From assembly GCF_006345805.1 (NCBI RefSeq), contig NC_043000.1, positions 130,200,001 to 130,264,000 of the forward strand: DNA of 64,000 nt, written 5' to 3'. Position numbers and translations under genes: made by a program. This DNA is from Octopus sinensis (Eukaryota). This document shows, piece by piece, positions 24,453-38,021 of the stretch. The first letter of the stretch is position 1, and the number at the start of each line of letters is the position of its first letter. The notes below the pieces were generated by a model that searched no databases, had not been told where the DNA came from, and saw nothing but the letters and a program-made list of their open reading frames with translations.

Positions 24453-26898
24453 TGACATGGCTGGTGTTTTAAATTACGAGTGCAATCCAGTCGATGAGCT
24501 TCGACTTAGTTCCAGTTTGCACATGTGAATGATATAAATAAAACAAGAACATTGCTTATCAACTTTTCGGGGTAGAAAGGTTAAACAAAAACAAATTCTT
24601 AAAATTATGGAAAATTATGTTGGCGCAGGAATGATTCCATATTAGAATGCTCGTTTTGGAATCACGTGGTTTCGGGTTCAGTCCCACAGCGTGGCGCTTT
24701 GGACAAGTGAAGTCCGTCAAATGTATCATTCCAATTCTTTGTGTTACATTTTGACACCAGCGCCTACAGCAACATCAATGCCAAGCGACATCGGCCCAAG
24801 TCGACAGCCTTTCTATTAGAGGAACATGAGTAACTCGGGGAGGAGAGATTTACATGAAGGAGCAGCGACCTCCTATCTTTCTTAGTAAAAATCTTACCCA
24901 TGCCAGCACCTACAAGCGAAAACACATGTACAACCGTGACTGATGGAGGCCCCTAATTCAAGTACGTTCCTTTACACGTGGAATTCAAATGTTGCTGTAG
25001 CTTAGTTTACCTTTCATTTTATAAAGACAAAAAAATTTGAAGTCCCTATCTTGTAACTTTATATTGATTATACAAATTCCCCAATACACTATGTATTTTG
25101 GCTTTGTACCCACACTAGAAATAACATAATCCATGGTTACATCAGAATCATTGTTACTATTTTTTTTTACCTTATTTTGTTCTTATGTTCAATTTATCAC
25201 TGGTGTTCGATAAACAGATGGTAACATCTGAATAAACATTATTGACACTATATTGCGTTAATATAATTGAATTGCGAAGTACATTTCGCAATATTGTGAC
25301 GCCATATTGTGATACCATATTCTCGGCATCTTCCACAAGTGACTTCTTTTTTTCTTTTACTATATATGAAAATCTAACTTCTGGGAAAAAATATATTACG
25401 ACCATGTTGACGCTGTATTTCGCAGACATGATCAAATGGTGAAGAAGTTCTCTATGCAATCGTGTTCGATCCCTTTGCTAAGGAACGAGTGCCTTTCATT
25501 ACTCTTGTTGTTCATCGTCGAAGTCGACGATGTTTATTCCAATTGTTCATTAACTGAACAATTGACTTACTGAATCAGTGCTTCAGTTGGTGAGTATTCC
25601 TAAGAAACATTATACATTATTCCCCCAAGAAGAATCCAAACAACAGAAAGAGAGAACGGCCGTTTAAATTACTGCTACAGTCTATTCCGATGGGTTTCTT
25701 TAAAATTTCTGTCCACTCAATTCCAAATTCACTCACATTGCTTGATCAAGACTCTGATGTCATGGTAAAAGACACTTGAAACATGTGTATGCCGAGCGGT
25801 GAGATCGAGCGCAGAATGTATTTGATTGTAAGATGAACAAATATTGTATCTATGTAATACAATATCACTGAAAGTGAAAGAAAATTAGTCCAGAAGTTCA
25901 ACCTATCAAACATAGTAAAAGAAAATTTTTGAAGATGCTGGACTGTGAAATCGAACCTGGCGTCCCATGATTGTGCAGCAAACGTCTTCACCATTCGGGC
26001 ATTTCTCTGAAATTATAGTGTTAAAAAGTTTGTCCAGATGTTACCACCTCTTTTTCGAACACAAAAATTAAAATGAAACCGGCATAATAAAACTATCAAC
26101 AACAATACCTCTTACATAATAGTAATCGATATTGTTTGTAACGTAGTCACAAGGTCGAATAACTTTTGGGAGACAGATGCAGTCAATCTAATCTCACAAT
26201 GCTAGATTAGATATTCTATTTAACTGAAATAGAAAGTCTATCACGATAGAAGAGACGTGCATGTATACCACCAGGTATTGTAACGTTTTTGTCTTCTGTC
26301 ACTGTTTGAAACTCAATGATCCTGATAGCTTCTAATGCATGTACAGGATCACACACGTGGAGGGAGAGTCAAGGTAGATTGTATCGGCTTAAGTAGTTCA
26401 GGGGTACTTTTATTTTCTCGACTATGGTGGATTGAAAAGAAAAGTAAAATGAACTTCTCGGAATACAAAATCAGTAAAATCAAGTAAATACCACAAAGTA
26501 TTAGTTCACTGTTCTACTGATTCTGCTAAACCACCGTCACCGCAACCACCACTAAAACCACTACTACTAATAGTAAATTAATATTTTGGTAGAGGGCCAT
26601 CAATTTTAGGAGGAGGTACGTTAGTAGATTACACTGATCCCAAAACTTGATTACTCTTTTACTTCTTTCAGTCATGTGACTGAGGCCATAGTGGAGCACC
26701 GGCTTTAGTCAAGCAAATCGACCCCAGGACTTATTCTTTGTAAGCCTTTGTACTTATTCTATCGGCCTCTTTTGCCGAACTGCTAAGTTACGGGGACGTA
26801 AACACACCAGCATCGGTTGTCAAGCGATGTTGGGGGAACAAACACAGACACACACGCACACACACACACACACAGACACACACACAAATATATATATA

Positions 26899-28069
26899 CT
26901 AGCAGTATCGCCCGGCGTTGCTCGGGTTGTAAGGGAAATAACTATATAAGCATTTTTAGAGAGTTATAGCCAAAAAATAGCAAAAAAATGCATTAAAAAT
27001 TGAAAAAAATTAAGGTAAATTTTTTTAAAATCGTTGACACATCGTAGATATTTTTAGAGAGTTACTTCCCTTATATAAAAGCGAAAAAATGCATTAAAAT
27101 GGAAAAATATGATGGTAAATTTTTTTTAAATCGTAGACTCATCGTAGACGCGCGCTGATACCCAGAAGGACTCGATATGAATCACGACTATAAGATACCC
27201 GCTTTTGGTTAAACTGCAACGCAAAATGTGGGAGTAATTACGAATGTAAATCGAAGGGGACAGACACACAACTTCACTCTTATATAAAGATGCTTTTTTT
27301 TTTCAGTCAAAGAGTTAGATTTATGAAGGTCTTCAGTAGAAAATCCTTCGAATTCTGACTCGCTGCTTGATATAATGAAATTCGTATCCATTTTTTGTCA
27401 GAATTACAAATTTTGAAAACACAATAGGAACAAATTTCGGAAAAAAATCTCCCATAATTCACGGAATTAAAATTACCCTTCGATTTTTGTACAAAACTGT
27501 ATTTGAAGTGTTTACGAAGTATAATACGTGTTTTCACGAATGTACTAAAGAGATTTACTCTGATATTCTCATTTAAATATGAATAGGTAAATTCGGGCGG
27601 TTTGGTAACGAAAGGGTTTATATAAGTGTCGTCTGTTTATACATAAACACTGTTTCATAGTTTCAGTTTAGTCTTCCTCAAATCACTGTCGCTAATTTAC
27701 TCTCTTCCAAGAACATTTTCACTCACTGTTATCTGTTAGCTTCCCATACATTTTACTCATGTATCTATCAGCGTGATAGACAGAAACAAATATTACATTT
27801 ACTTTCATTTTATTCGTTGCCCACTGTGTGTGTGCGTTTGCGTGTGGTGTAAACCAGACTAAGAAAAGCATTTGACACACACACCAGAATGTGAATTTTC
27901 TGTAAATTTTGCTTAATTGGAGTTTAAATTTTAAAAACTGGAGCTGGCATGACGCGATGCATTGTACTCTTAAAACTGCTAGGTAAATTGTAATTGAAGA
28001 AATCCTATATTGTAGATTTGTATAACTCCCAAAGGGAGGCAGATAAAATCTGCCTTTTATAATAAGAGA
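26899..28069 (-). mobile_element. Composite non-autonomous Helitron (1171 bp)
   Basis: Minus strand TC...hairpin...CTAG between A and T, with both ends defined by the interrupted SINE. It contains the 8732-9368 module (26899-27290) and the 10109-10499 module (27670-28069). Confidence 0.85.
27291..27620 (-). mobile_element. piggyBac-like terminal fragment inside the Helitron
   Basis: The minus strand reads taaa-CCCTTTCGTTACCAAACCGCCCG, a CCC terminus with a degenerate TTAA that is related to the ends of the 44969-45186 MITE. It is followed by a short acidic ORF start, MDTNFIISSSESEFEGFSTEDL. Confidence 0.55.
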
Positions 28070-28810
28070 TATATGTATATACGACGGGCTTCTTTCAATT
28101 TCCGTCTACCAAATCCACTCACAATGCTTTGGTCGGCCCGAGGCTATAGTAGTAGACACTTGCCCAAGGTGCTACGCAGGGGGACTGAACCCGGAACCAT
28201 GTGGTTCGTAAGCAAGCTACTTACCACACAGCCACTCCTACAATTGGTAATTAATTTTGTCGACCACGAAGAGTTAGAGCAAAGATCGCAAAGAATTTGT
28301 TCAGTGCTCTATTGCTTCTGGTAAACTATTATCACAACGGCCACCACTTCTACTATACTACTACTACTACTAATTGTAGTTTCTAATATGGGGACAAGGC
28401 CAGTAAATTTGAGTCAAAAGAATCACCCGATATCATCGACCCCAAAACTTGACGGCTAGTTTATTCTATCGACCACGAAAAAATGTAAGGTAAAAAGACT
28501 GAAGGAGAGTCATTTTCAGAAAGGGAAATAGTTAATCTAGCTCCTTTTCTCGACTCCTGTATTTGAATATTACAATTTATCAATACAGAATGAATGAAAG
28601 ATATTTGAACTCAGAAAATGAAGAGCTGAAGCAAATACGGCAAAGAATTTTCATGGATATTCTTTCTCTCAATATAGATCATAAGTAACTGCGAAATGTG
28701 GAGATAGGAAAGAAATAAATATATTGTCTCTTAGCTGCCCAGTTTTAGTTACGAAACAATACATTTAATGATATAACCGAATTGGGACTAACATACACTG
28801 GAAGCGATGT

Positions 28811-29236
28811 CAAGGAATGGCTGCGTGGTAAGTAGCTTGCTTACCAACCACATGGTTCCGGGTTCAGTCCCATTGAGTGGCACCTTGGGCAAGTGTCTTC
28901 TACTATAGCCTCGGGCCGACCAATGCCTTGTGAGTGGATTTAGTAGATGGAAACTGAAAGAAGCTCGTCGTATTTCGTCTTTTGTTTATTTTCGTAAACT
29001 TTCCCGTTATATATATATGTATGTGCGTGTATATGTTTGTGTGTCTGTTTGTCCCCCCAACATCGCTTGACAGTCGATGCTGGTGTGTTTACATTCCCGT
29101 AACTTAGCGGCTCGGTAAAAGAGACCGATAAAATAGGTACTAAGCTTACAAAGAATAAGTCCTGGGGTCGATTTGCTCGACTCAAGGCGGTGTTCCAGCA
29201 TGGCCACAGTCAAATGACTGAAACAAGTAAAAGAGT
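28811..29236 (+). mobile_element. OK-like SINE
   Basis: Full head, core and tail match to the family. Confidence 0.9.
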
Positions 29237-29644
29237 ACCACCACAGAAGAGGGGATATAAGCATAAGTAAAGGATTCAGAGACTGGCGAAACGACCATCC
29301 TTGGAAATGCCAATACAAACACAAGGAAGATCATAGCTAATTTGTCTGATACTGTTGTCAAGAGCTACCAGCAACACAAGTGTTTCCTTATCAATACAAA
29401 CAAATGATAATGGAGTAATTACTGAAATGTGAAAATATGGAAATAGAAATAATAGGTTGTGAGAACTGAAAACAAACAATCTCTTTAATATAGGATCCTT
29501 GTTAATTATTAAGTTTTAAATAGTAGAAATTTGACCTCCAGATCTACTTGGCTCCACATATATATTTACGTAAAGAACTTTCAGTAGAATAGGAACAACA
29601 AAACCGAAACAACTGCTTTCAGCCGAGGTATACGATAATGCAGT

Positions 29645-29822
29645 TGAAGTTTTGGGGAGGGAGTTAATCGATAATGCTGTTCCCCGTGCTCAACTGGTAC
29701 TTATTTTATCGATTCCCGAAAGGATAATAGCAATGTCGACGTCGGCGAATTTGAACTCAGAACTGAAAAGCCGCTAAGTATTACGTCCTGCACGACAACT
29801 ATTCTACCAGCTCGCCGCCTTA
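29645..29822 (-). mobile_element. Nin-domain SINE
   Basis: caactggtacttattttatcgattcccgaaaggat...atttgaactcagaac...ccagctcgccgcctt. Confidence 0.8.
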
Positions 29823-30225
29823 ATAATAGTAATAATGATGATGATGAACGTTCTTTTATTTGCTACAAGAACATCACACGAAGAAGGCATTACACTGACA
29901 GTCTATAATTTGTATGAAGTTTTATGTGAGAGGAAGAGAATGATATGAGATACAAAGCACACATGAGATACGAAGTATGTGATCACATGTGAGGGGCAAT
30001 CAGTCTCCTTGATACAGAAGTGCCTTGAACTAGAGCAAATCGAGGAATCCCACAGATTAGGAATTGCCCTAACCACCAAACCCTCCTCTATCTATTGCTT
30101 TCTAATCAACAGGCGAAAGCTTCGAATTATTTTATCTATTATCTAATAATAATAATTATTACTATTATTATTATAAAAGAAAGCAGCAATAGATATATAT
30201 CACGAACGAGAGACAGACAGACAGA

Positions 30226-30345
30226 TTTTGGAGTTGCAGAATAGGTGAGTTCGTACCTATTACCATTGGAGCCTTAGGAACGACAGGAAAGAAGTTCGTA
30301 GAATGGACAAAAAGATTGGGTTACAGAAGCACGTAGACTACATGC
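30226..30345 (+). mobile_element. R4/Dong-clade LINE 3' coding remnant (end of restriction-like endonuclease domain)
   Basis: FWSCRIGEFVPITIGALGTTGKKFVEWTKRLG..LQK matches the LW...VVPIVIGALG...WL..LG...LQK C-terminal motif. The region is flanked by (AAT)n. Confidence 0.65.
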
Positions 30346-30811
30346 AACTATAACAGCGAAAATGATTCAAAAGTTCATTGATGGCTGAGGTTACAGGTGA
30401 TGACTTGTTATCGAAGAGTAAACCCAATTCAATTCCATCGTAAAGGTGAAGTACAAAATATTTTGAAAAAGCAATAATTATATTGTTATTGGGCTCAAGC
30501 GCTGCAAAATCATTTGAGACAATAGAAAGAAGGGACAGTTGGGATTTACATAAACACATGTAAACAATAAAATCAGTAACAATTAACGAGATAATCATAA
30601 TAGCTAAATGTCCTAAGACGAGCGAAACGCCACCTAGCTGTGACAGGGAACCCAACAGATCCCAAGTCACTCTGCCCAACAGGATTACTATGGCAAATGC
30701 CTCTTCTTTCTTCTGTACTTTTCAGCCAACTCATGCTTACGATAGGTCCATTCATTCGAGTCGTTCTCGCTACATACATCCAAAATTTTACAAATTTACT
30801 GCGACGTAATA

Positions 30812-30844
<33 letters not shown>

Positions 30845-31320
30845 CTTTTCTACTATAGGCACACGACCTGAAATTTGGGGGAAGGGGACAAGTCGGTTAT
30901 ATCGATCCCAGTATTTCACTGGTTCTGAATTTACTGACCCCGAAAGGATGAAAAGCAAAGTCGACTGCAGCGGAATTTGAACACGAAAGGTGAAGTCGGA
31001 CGAAATGCCGCTAAGCATTTAGGCATTTCGTCCGGCGTACTGACGATTCTGCCAGGTCACATAATAATGATGATAATAATAATAATAATATAATAATAAT
31101 AATAATTTCAAATTTTGTTACAAGGGCAGAAATTTTGGGAGAGGGGATGAGTCGATTACATTGAGCCCAGTATTTGAACTGGTTCTTATTTTATCGATTC
31201 CCAACCCGAAAGGATCAAAGGCGAAGTGACCTCGACGGAATTTGAACTCAGAACAGCGCGACGGGTGAAATACCTATAACCATTTCGTCTAGCGCGCTAA
31301 CAATTCTTCCAGCTCGTAGC

Positions 31321-31366
<46 letters not shown>

Positions 31367-31390
31367 TTTCAAATTTTGGCACAAGGCCAC
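30845..31390 (-). mobile_element. Head-to-tail array of Nin-domain SINEs separated by (AAT)n
   Basis: Copies at ~30845-31060 and ~31105-31318, plus a tail at ~31365-31390, each preceded by (AAT)n. Confidence 0.85.
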
Positions 31391-32964
31391 GCACTCCAGT
31401 GAAAGTTGATAGGAATTTATAGGGGTCATTGTAAATGAAGATAGTCATTCTTTTAATGTAGACACTAGTACACAAAATTCGGCAAATTCTGATCCCACGG
31501 ACAAACGTTATCGTGCTGAAGAAGTGATACAGTGGCCCGCAGATGGATAAAAGCCAAAGTTAATTGTCGCATGGTTTGAACTTATAGTGTAATACATCTA
31601 CTAGTAAGTGCAAAACATTTTGTCAAGTATGTTACCATTTCTATAGAGTTGATAATTTGTTACATTAGCACAAGATTCTATATTGGTTGACGTCGCACGT
31701 AGATTGTATAGACTTCAGAATTTGTTGTTGTCGCTGCTACTGCTGCTCTTGTTTAGCTCCAGATAAGCCCTGATTGAATTGGCGTACGTTCAAAGATATT
31801 CCAGCCGTGAGCGTTTTGCATACGTATGTTTACTTCCTAAGATGGTAGGGTATGATTTGTGCAAAAACCCGGTGACTGTTTCAAGTACACAGAGCCAGGC
31901 CATTGATTTGAACGGTATATATTGACTTAGCAGATTGAGAGCGTCAAAGTTTCGTCTTGGACACGGATTTTAAATTATTATGTAAAGAGTCGACCCATGC
32001 CCTCCACCTGATAATGTCAAAGGTTACTATGATGATGATGACGACGACGGCAACGATGACAACAATAATGATGATGATGATAACGATTTCTACTCTCAAT
32101 ATGCGATGATATTTCAAGTCATTCCCCTGGGGCATACGTCAGAGATGTGATGAGCAAATGAGAGGGTTTCTACTCGACCCTTATTCCTGCAAGAAATAGC
32201 TACCCAAATATTCTCAAAACAAAAAAAAAAATATACGGCTACAGTTTTTATTAAAAGGGACAATTCGCACAGGTTGGTGCGTGTCTGAGCATACCATGGT
32301 CGAACGAAAGAGAGGATGATCTAGGTGGGAATTACTTTAGTTACAGCTATGCTTCGTCAGAGCATTCCTAGTACTAAAGAACAAGGGTTAAATTAGTTTA
32401 CTATGATGTATATATTGCATACACTATCAATAAAAACGTTCCAAGAGGGAATCGAAATCAATTCGTGATTTCACCTCACCAAAAACATCCGCAGATGAGA
32501 GTGTGTGCGTGTGTGTTTACAGACTCAGTCATATAGAAGTACCGGAGACAAATTCTAAAAACTTAACCATGGTCTAAAACAAAAAATTGTAAAAACTTAA
32601 CAACAGGATAAAATCTTTATGTATATAGTATTATAATATAGAGCGAAAATTAAAAATGGGATTGTCACGGCTGGAATACTCCTGGCCAAAGGACTAACAA
32701 GGCGCTAAGTAACTCCAACAGAAACAAAAATAATAACGGTTTCTGACATAAGCACAAGGCCACGCATGTAATCAATTAAATCGATACAGGATTTGGACTG
32801 TTGCTTTAATTTATCGATTTATAAATGATTAAAGATAGATTCTATCTTGTACAGGATTTGAACTGAGAACGAGGAGATAATCAGGTACCACAAGATATTT
32901 TTGTCTATCTGAGGCTTTTGCGATTCTATAACCTCTCCCGTTGCGTTTTATCAGTAATATCAAA

Positions 32965-33710
32965 ATGATAATCCTTTTTTGTTTTGGCACAATGCCAGCA
33001 ATTTTGTCGGTGTGGTATGTCGATTACATCAACCCCAGTGCTCAACTGGTAGTTTTTTAACGGTCCCGAGAAGATGAAATGCAAAGTCCATCTAGACAGT
33101 ATTTGAACTCAGAACGTAAAACAATATCAATAATAATAACTGGAATAATAATAATGATTTCAAATTTGGGCACAAAGACAGCAATTTCGGAGACAGGGGA
33201 AACTCGATTACTTTGAACCCAGTACTCAACTGTTACTTATTTTATCGACCCCGAAAGGATGAAAAGCGAAGTCGACGTCGGCGGAATTTGAACTCAGAAC
33301 GTAAAGACCGACGAAACGCCGTTAACGAGTTTGCCCGGCGTGCTAACGATTCTGCCAGCTCGCCGCCTTAATAATGATAACAATGATAATAATAATGGTT
33401 TCAAAACTCCTTTCTACTACTGGCACAGGGTCTGGAATTTGGTGTGGGGTGGGGCTAGTCGATTAGATCTACCCCAGTACTCAACTACTACTTATTTTAT
33501 CCACCCCCGAAAGGATGAAAGGCTAAATCGACTTCGGTGGAATTTGAACTCAGAACGTTGAGAGGGATGAAATGCATGCTAACAATTCTGCCAGCTCGCC
33601 ACCTTAATAATAATATTAATAATCCTTTCTGTTATAAGAAGAAGGCCTGAAAATTTAGGGGTGGAGACCAGTCAATTACATTGACCCCAGTGCGTGATAG
33701 GTACTTAATT
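32965..33710 (-). mobile_element. Head-to-tail array of four Nin-domain SINEs separated by AAT-rich spacers
   Basis: Copies at ~32970-33120, ~33155-33370, ~33405-33605 and ~33625-33710 (partial), all on the same strand. Confidence 0.85.
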
Positions 33711-35152
33711 TAACGTCAACATCAACAATAATAACGAACAGAATCCGTTCTCGAATTGGACGGGATAGTAATAGTTGATTAGCTTGAGTCCCAACACTTG
33801 ACTGTTACATTTTATTAACCCTCAAATGAACTCGAGCCTCAGCTGGATTCGAAGGGACGTCCAAAACAATATATCAGCATACTCTGCAAAGAGTTTTCAA
33901 CAGCATTAACGGGTTAATCATAAAGCTGCCGATCAACCCGCCAGAAATAACAACTAAATTCCTTAGAGTGCACCCTTTAGATATTCTCACAGACACTAAA
34001 TGATCTAGTCTTAGATAAAGTAATATACCCGATTAATAGATATGAAACGAGAGTGTCGAGGCTAGAGAGCTTTGACTAGTAAGTGTGCTCGATTAGGACT
34101 GGCCTGGGCCTAAACAATATTTAGGATAGTAACGAGACCACAAAATTCGGGAAGAAGGTTGAAATCGATTATATCGATCTTCGTAGTTGATTATTATTTT
34201 CCTTTTATGGACTTCTAAAGCGAATTGAACAGCAGCGGGATTTGAACTTACGTTGTAAAGACGCCGTAATGAAATACCACCAAGATACTTAGGCGACTGT
34301 GATATCTGCCGTTCTCAACAACAGCAAAGAAATAACGATCCGACGGTGGATCGCTTGACCTGGGAGAAATAGCAACTAAATTCCGGCAAAACACTGTACC
34401 GTTATAAATAAATGAATAAGGACGCGTTATATAATGTAGCTGTAGAGACTCTTAAAAAGTTGGAATGGTCATAACTGGAATATCTTAGATTTAAGTGAAA
34501 AAAAATGAGAGCTAATTTGGGAGCTAAGCAGCCACAAGAAAGACAATAACAATAAGAATATAAGGAAAGGGGTCACCAGGATGTTTAACTTGATAGAAAT
34601 GGTAACGAAATCTCCCTCGAATTACAATACTCTATCATGTTAAACAAGGACACAGTCGATAATTTATCAGAGATGCACAGTACCAAGAGTGAAGGGCGAG
34701 ATGGCCATGGGTGGAAGGACTCTGATTATAGGTTTGTTCAGTGCGATCTGACTTGGAGTAACGATGACACTATTAATAACAACAATCATCAAAAGTATAG
34801 AACAATAACTTCTATATCCCAGATACTGGCTAAGCAAAACAAAACAATTATAAACGATGAATGCACAGGCTATATAAAAGCGAGTGGTTTATGTGTGTAT
34901 TTGTCGAAGTGTATATTCGTATAGATGCATGTATGAAAAATGAAGATACACAAACATAGATACACACACACACACACACACATACATACATACACGCAGA
35001 TGCATGCATATATGCATTGCTTTATGTGCCGCGGGGATGCACTTCAGACTAATCAAACAACTATTCTTTCGTATTTATGCGTATACGCAATGTCACAAAC
35101 GCGTGTACATGCCTGATCGCAGACGCTCACAACTCCTACACACGCATGTGCG

Positions 35153-35193
<41 letters not shown>

Positions 35194-35430
35194 ATATATA
35201 CACACACACATATATATATACATAAACACATTCTTATATAAATACATTTATGTACGCGTACTCAGACACACATACACAAAAAGCAATTTGTATGTATATA
35301 CAGACTCAAATATACATACATATATACATAAACTTATGCCCGTCTTAGTGCATATATTATACAGAATACATCTATTCACCTATTGATCAATCCATCTATG
35401 CCTATGGCCATATAACATAATATCCATATA

Positions 35431-35487
<57 letters not shown>

Positions 35488-36152
35488 AACGAAAGCGCAC
35501 ACACACATTAATATCAAAAACTTTTTAAAGAATACTTACGTTTCTAGAAGTAGATCCGTCCACCTGTAAGTTCCGTTCGTTTTAGTTTAATAATGTATCA
35601 CTAACTTATTTTTGCTATTATTATTATCTCTATTAATATACTATTATTATTATCATCACTAATTTCCGATTTTTAAAAAAAGATTCTTTTTTTTTCCTCT
35701 GCTATTATTTATTTAATCGATGTTATCAAAAATATTATTTGTTTTCTTCGATAAACGTGTAACTTTCCGCTGTTTTATTTTATCGCGTCTTTTTAAGACC
35801 CAAATTTGTTCGTGTGTTTTGGAGGCGCGTATGTATATACGTTTGTATGTCTTCATGTATGTATGTATGGATGGCTGGATGGATGTACGGATGGATGGAT
35901 GGGTAGATGGATCTATATATAGATGTGCGCGTGTGAGACACTAAACTTCTGTAATATGTTGTGTATATTTATTTGCAAATATATATATATATATATATAT
36001 ATAAAATACGTTTATTTTTTTTTTCTTTATTTATGTAAACGTATTATATATGAAATATATTGTAAACTGTAAATTTAACCGAAGATGAAATGTGCGCGTG
36101 TATGCGTGTTTCTCTCTCTCTCTCTCTTTCTGGCTTTCGTTCTCCCTCTCTT

Positions 36153-36187
<35 letters not shown>

Positions 36188-36499
36188 AGCTTATGTATAT
36201 GTATGTATAGAGTTTATTTTACAATAAAAAGGTATTCTAAAATAATTTTTATTTTTGTTATTTGTTCGTGTATGAGTGTGTGTGTGTGTGTGTGTATGCG
36301 TGTGTCGGTGCGTGCAAACGCGTAAAAATTTACGATTTTATTGTATTCTTTGATGACTGATACAATATATATACATATATATATATATATATGAAAAAAA
36401 TATATATGTATATAATGTATGTATGCGCGCGCTTGTCTGTGTATGCACGCGCACGTGTGAATACGGTATGTTTATGAAAACCTGCAGCTAAACGATGAC

Positions 36500-36752
36500 A
36501 CTAATAATAAATAATAAAACTAATAATAATAATAGTAATATTTTGTAATATTAATAATAATAATAATAACAATAATAATAATAATAATAATAACAAAAAC
36601 AATAACAATTCCAATAGCGATACTAATAATAATAATTAATAACAACAGCTGAGCTGAGCTGAGCTGCCGTAGCAATAGTGAAAATACTAATATTACTACG
36701 AGAAGTAGTAGTAGTAATAGTAGTGGTAGTAGTAATAGTAGTAGTAGTAGTA
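36500..36752. repeat. (AAT)n and (AGT)n microsatellites
   Basis: Read directly from the sequence. Confidence 0.9.
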
Positions 36753-37610
36753 AATCCCTCGGTCGTCGGAGTTGGTTGTGTGTTGTTGTGGGTGTCACTT
36801 ACTCGTATAGCAGCCTTGTGGTGAGGAGAGCCTGCGTAAATCCATACAACGCCGACAAACTAAAAGCGACTGACAGTATAAACGTTTTCTTATGTACGTC
36901 TTTCTCTTTTCTGTGCGCGGATGCGTGCGTGCGTGCGAATGCGTATGCGTGTGCGAAGTAGCTTTGTGCGCGCGCGTGCGTGACCTGTGTGTGTGGTGTG
37001 TGTGTGTGTGTGTGTGCGTGTGTGTGTGTGTTTATGCAAGTTTTAAAAAAAATTCTTTTTAATTAAATGTGTTATATTTTTGTGTCGGTTTTGTTTTATG
37101 GGGGTTTCAAGGTGAACAAGAGAGTCCCTTTCGGGGTTCTTTTTGTTATTGCACGTCTCTCTCTCTCTCTCTCTCTCTCTGTACGTGTGTGTGTGTGTAT
37201 ATTTATTTTATGTGTGCGCACGTTTGTTCTTTTAAGTATGTGTGTGTTGTTGGTGGTGGTGGTGGTAATGCTTGCCCAGTTAGTATTGGTTTTGCACCCT
37301 CTCTACTTTTCTTCTCCCTTTCGTTCCCACATTTCCTTTCGTCTATTCCAGCTCACCAAATGAATCTAACCTTAACGTTTCTTTCTTGAACTTAGTGCTA
37401 TCTTCTTCTGTTCTTCTTCCCCACTCTCATATAAATCCATACGTTCATTTATCTATCTATCCATCCAACTGTGTCAGTCTGTCTATTTTCCGCCAGCTCT
37501 CTCCGTCTCTCTCCAGCATTATGTATGTATGTATGTATGTATGTATGTATGCATGTATTATGTTCCCTTAAACTTGGGGTTCAACAAAGGAAACCGATAT
37601 AATAAATACC

Positions 37611-37806
37611 TATTTCTTTATTTCCCACAAGGGGCTAAACATAGAGGGCACAAACAAGGACAGACATAGGTATTAAGTCGATTACATCGACCCAGTGCGT
37701 AACTGGTACTTGATTTATCGACCCCGAAAGGATGAAAGATAAAGTCGTCGACCTCGACGGAATTTGAACTCACAGCGTAACGGCAGACGAAATACCGGTA
37801 AGCACA
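37611..37806 (-). mobile_element. 5'-truncated Nin-domain SINE inserted into an OK-like SINE tail (37575-37900)
   Basis: tatttctttatttcccacaaggggctaaac...gaaataccggtaagcac, flanked by atacc on both sides; the host SINE resumes at ataccaggctttaaaaaataag. Confidence 0.8.
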
Positions 37807-37932
37807 TACCAGGCTTTAAAAAATAAGTATTGGAGCTGGTTCGTTTGCCTAAAATTTTTGGAAGCGGTACCCCAGCATGGCCACAGTCTAATGACTGAAC
37901 GAGCAGCAATCAACACATATCTACACACACCC

Positions 37933-38021
37933 CCGTTGTTATGAGTTACGCATTACCGCTTTTTAATGCAAATTTACTTCAGTCGTATTGAAAAGCGGTA
38001 ACGCGTACCTTGGAGTAACGG
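37933..38021. repeat. Imperfect hairpin (small MITE-like)
   Basis: ccgttgttatgagttacgcattaccgctttttaatgc pairs with gtattgaaaagcggtaacgcgtaccttggagtaacgg. Confidence 0.7.

Larger units (their letters stand above)
26652..28239 (-). mobile_element. OK-like SINE split into 26652-26898 and 28070-28239 by a Helitron insertion
   Basis: The SINE tail and body end in (CA)n(TA)n at 26898 and resume exactly at atatgtatatacgacgggcttct (28070), running on to cagccactcct. Confidence 0.9.

Noticed and set aside
30800-33710. Regularly spaced repeats that superficially resemble a CRISPR array
   Set aside because: These are ~200-bp diverged SINE copies in eukaryotic DNA, with no short identical repeats, unique spacers or cas genes.
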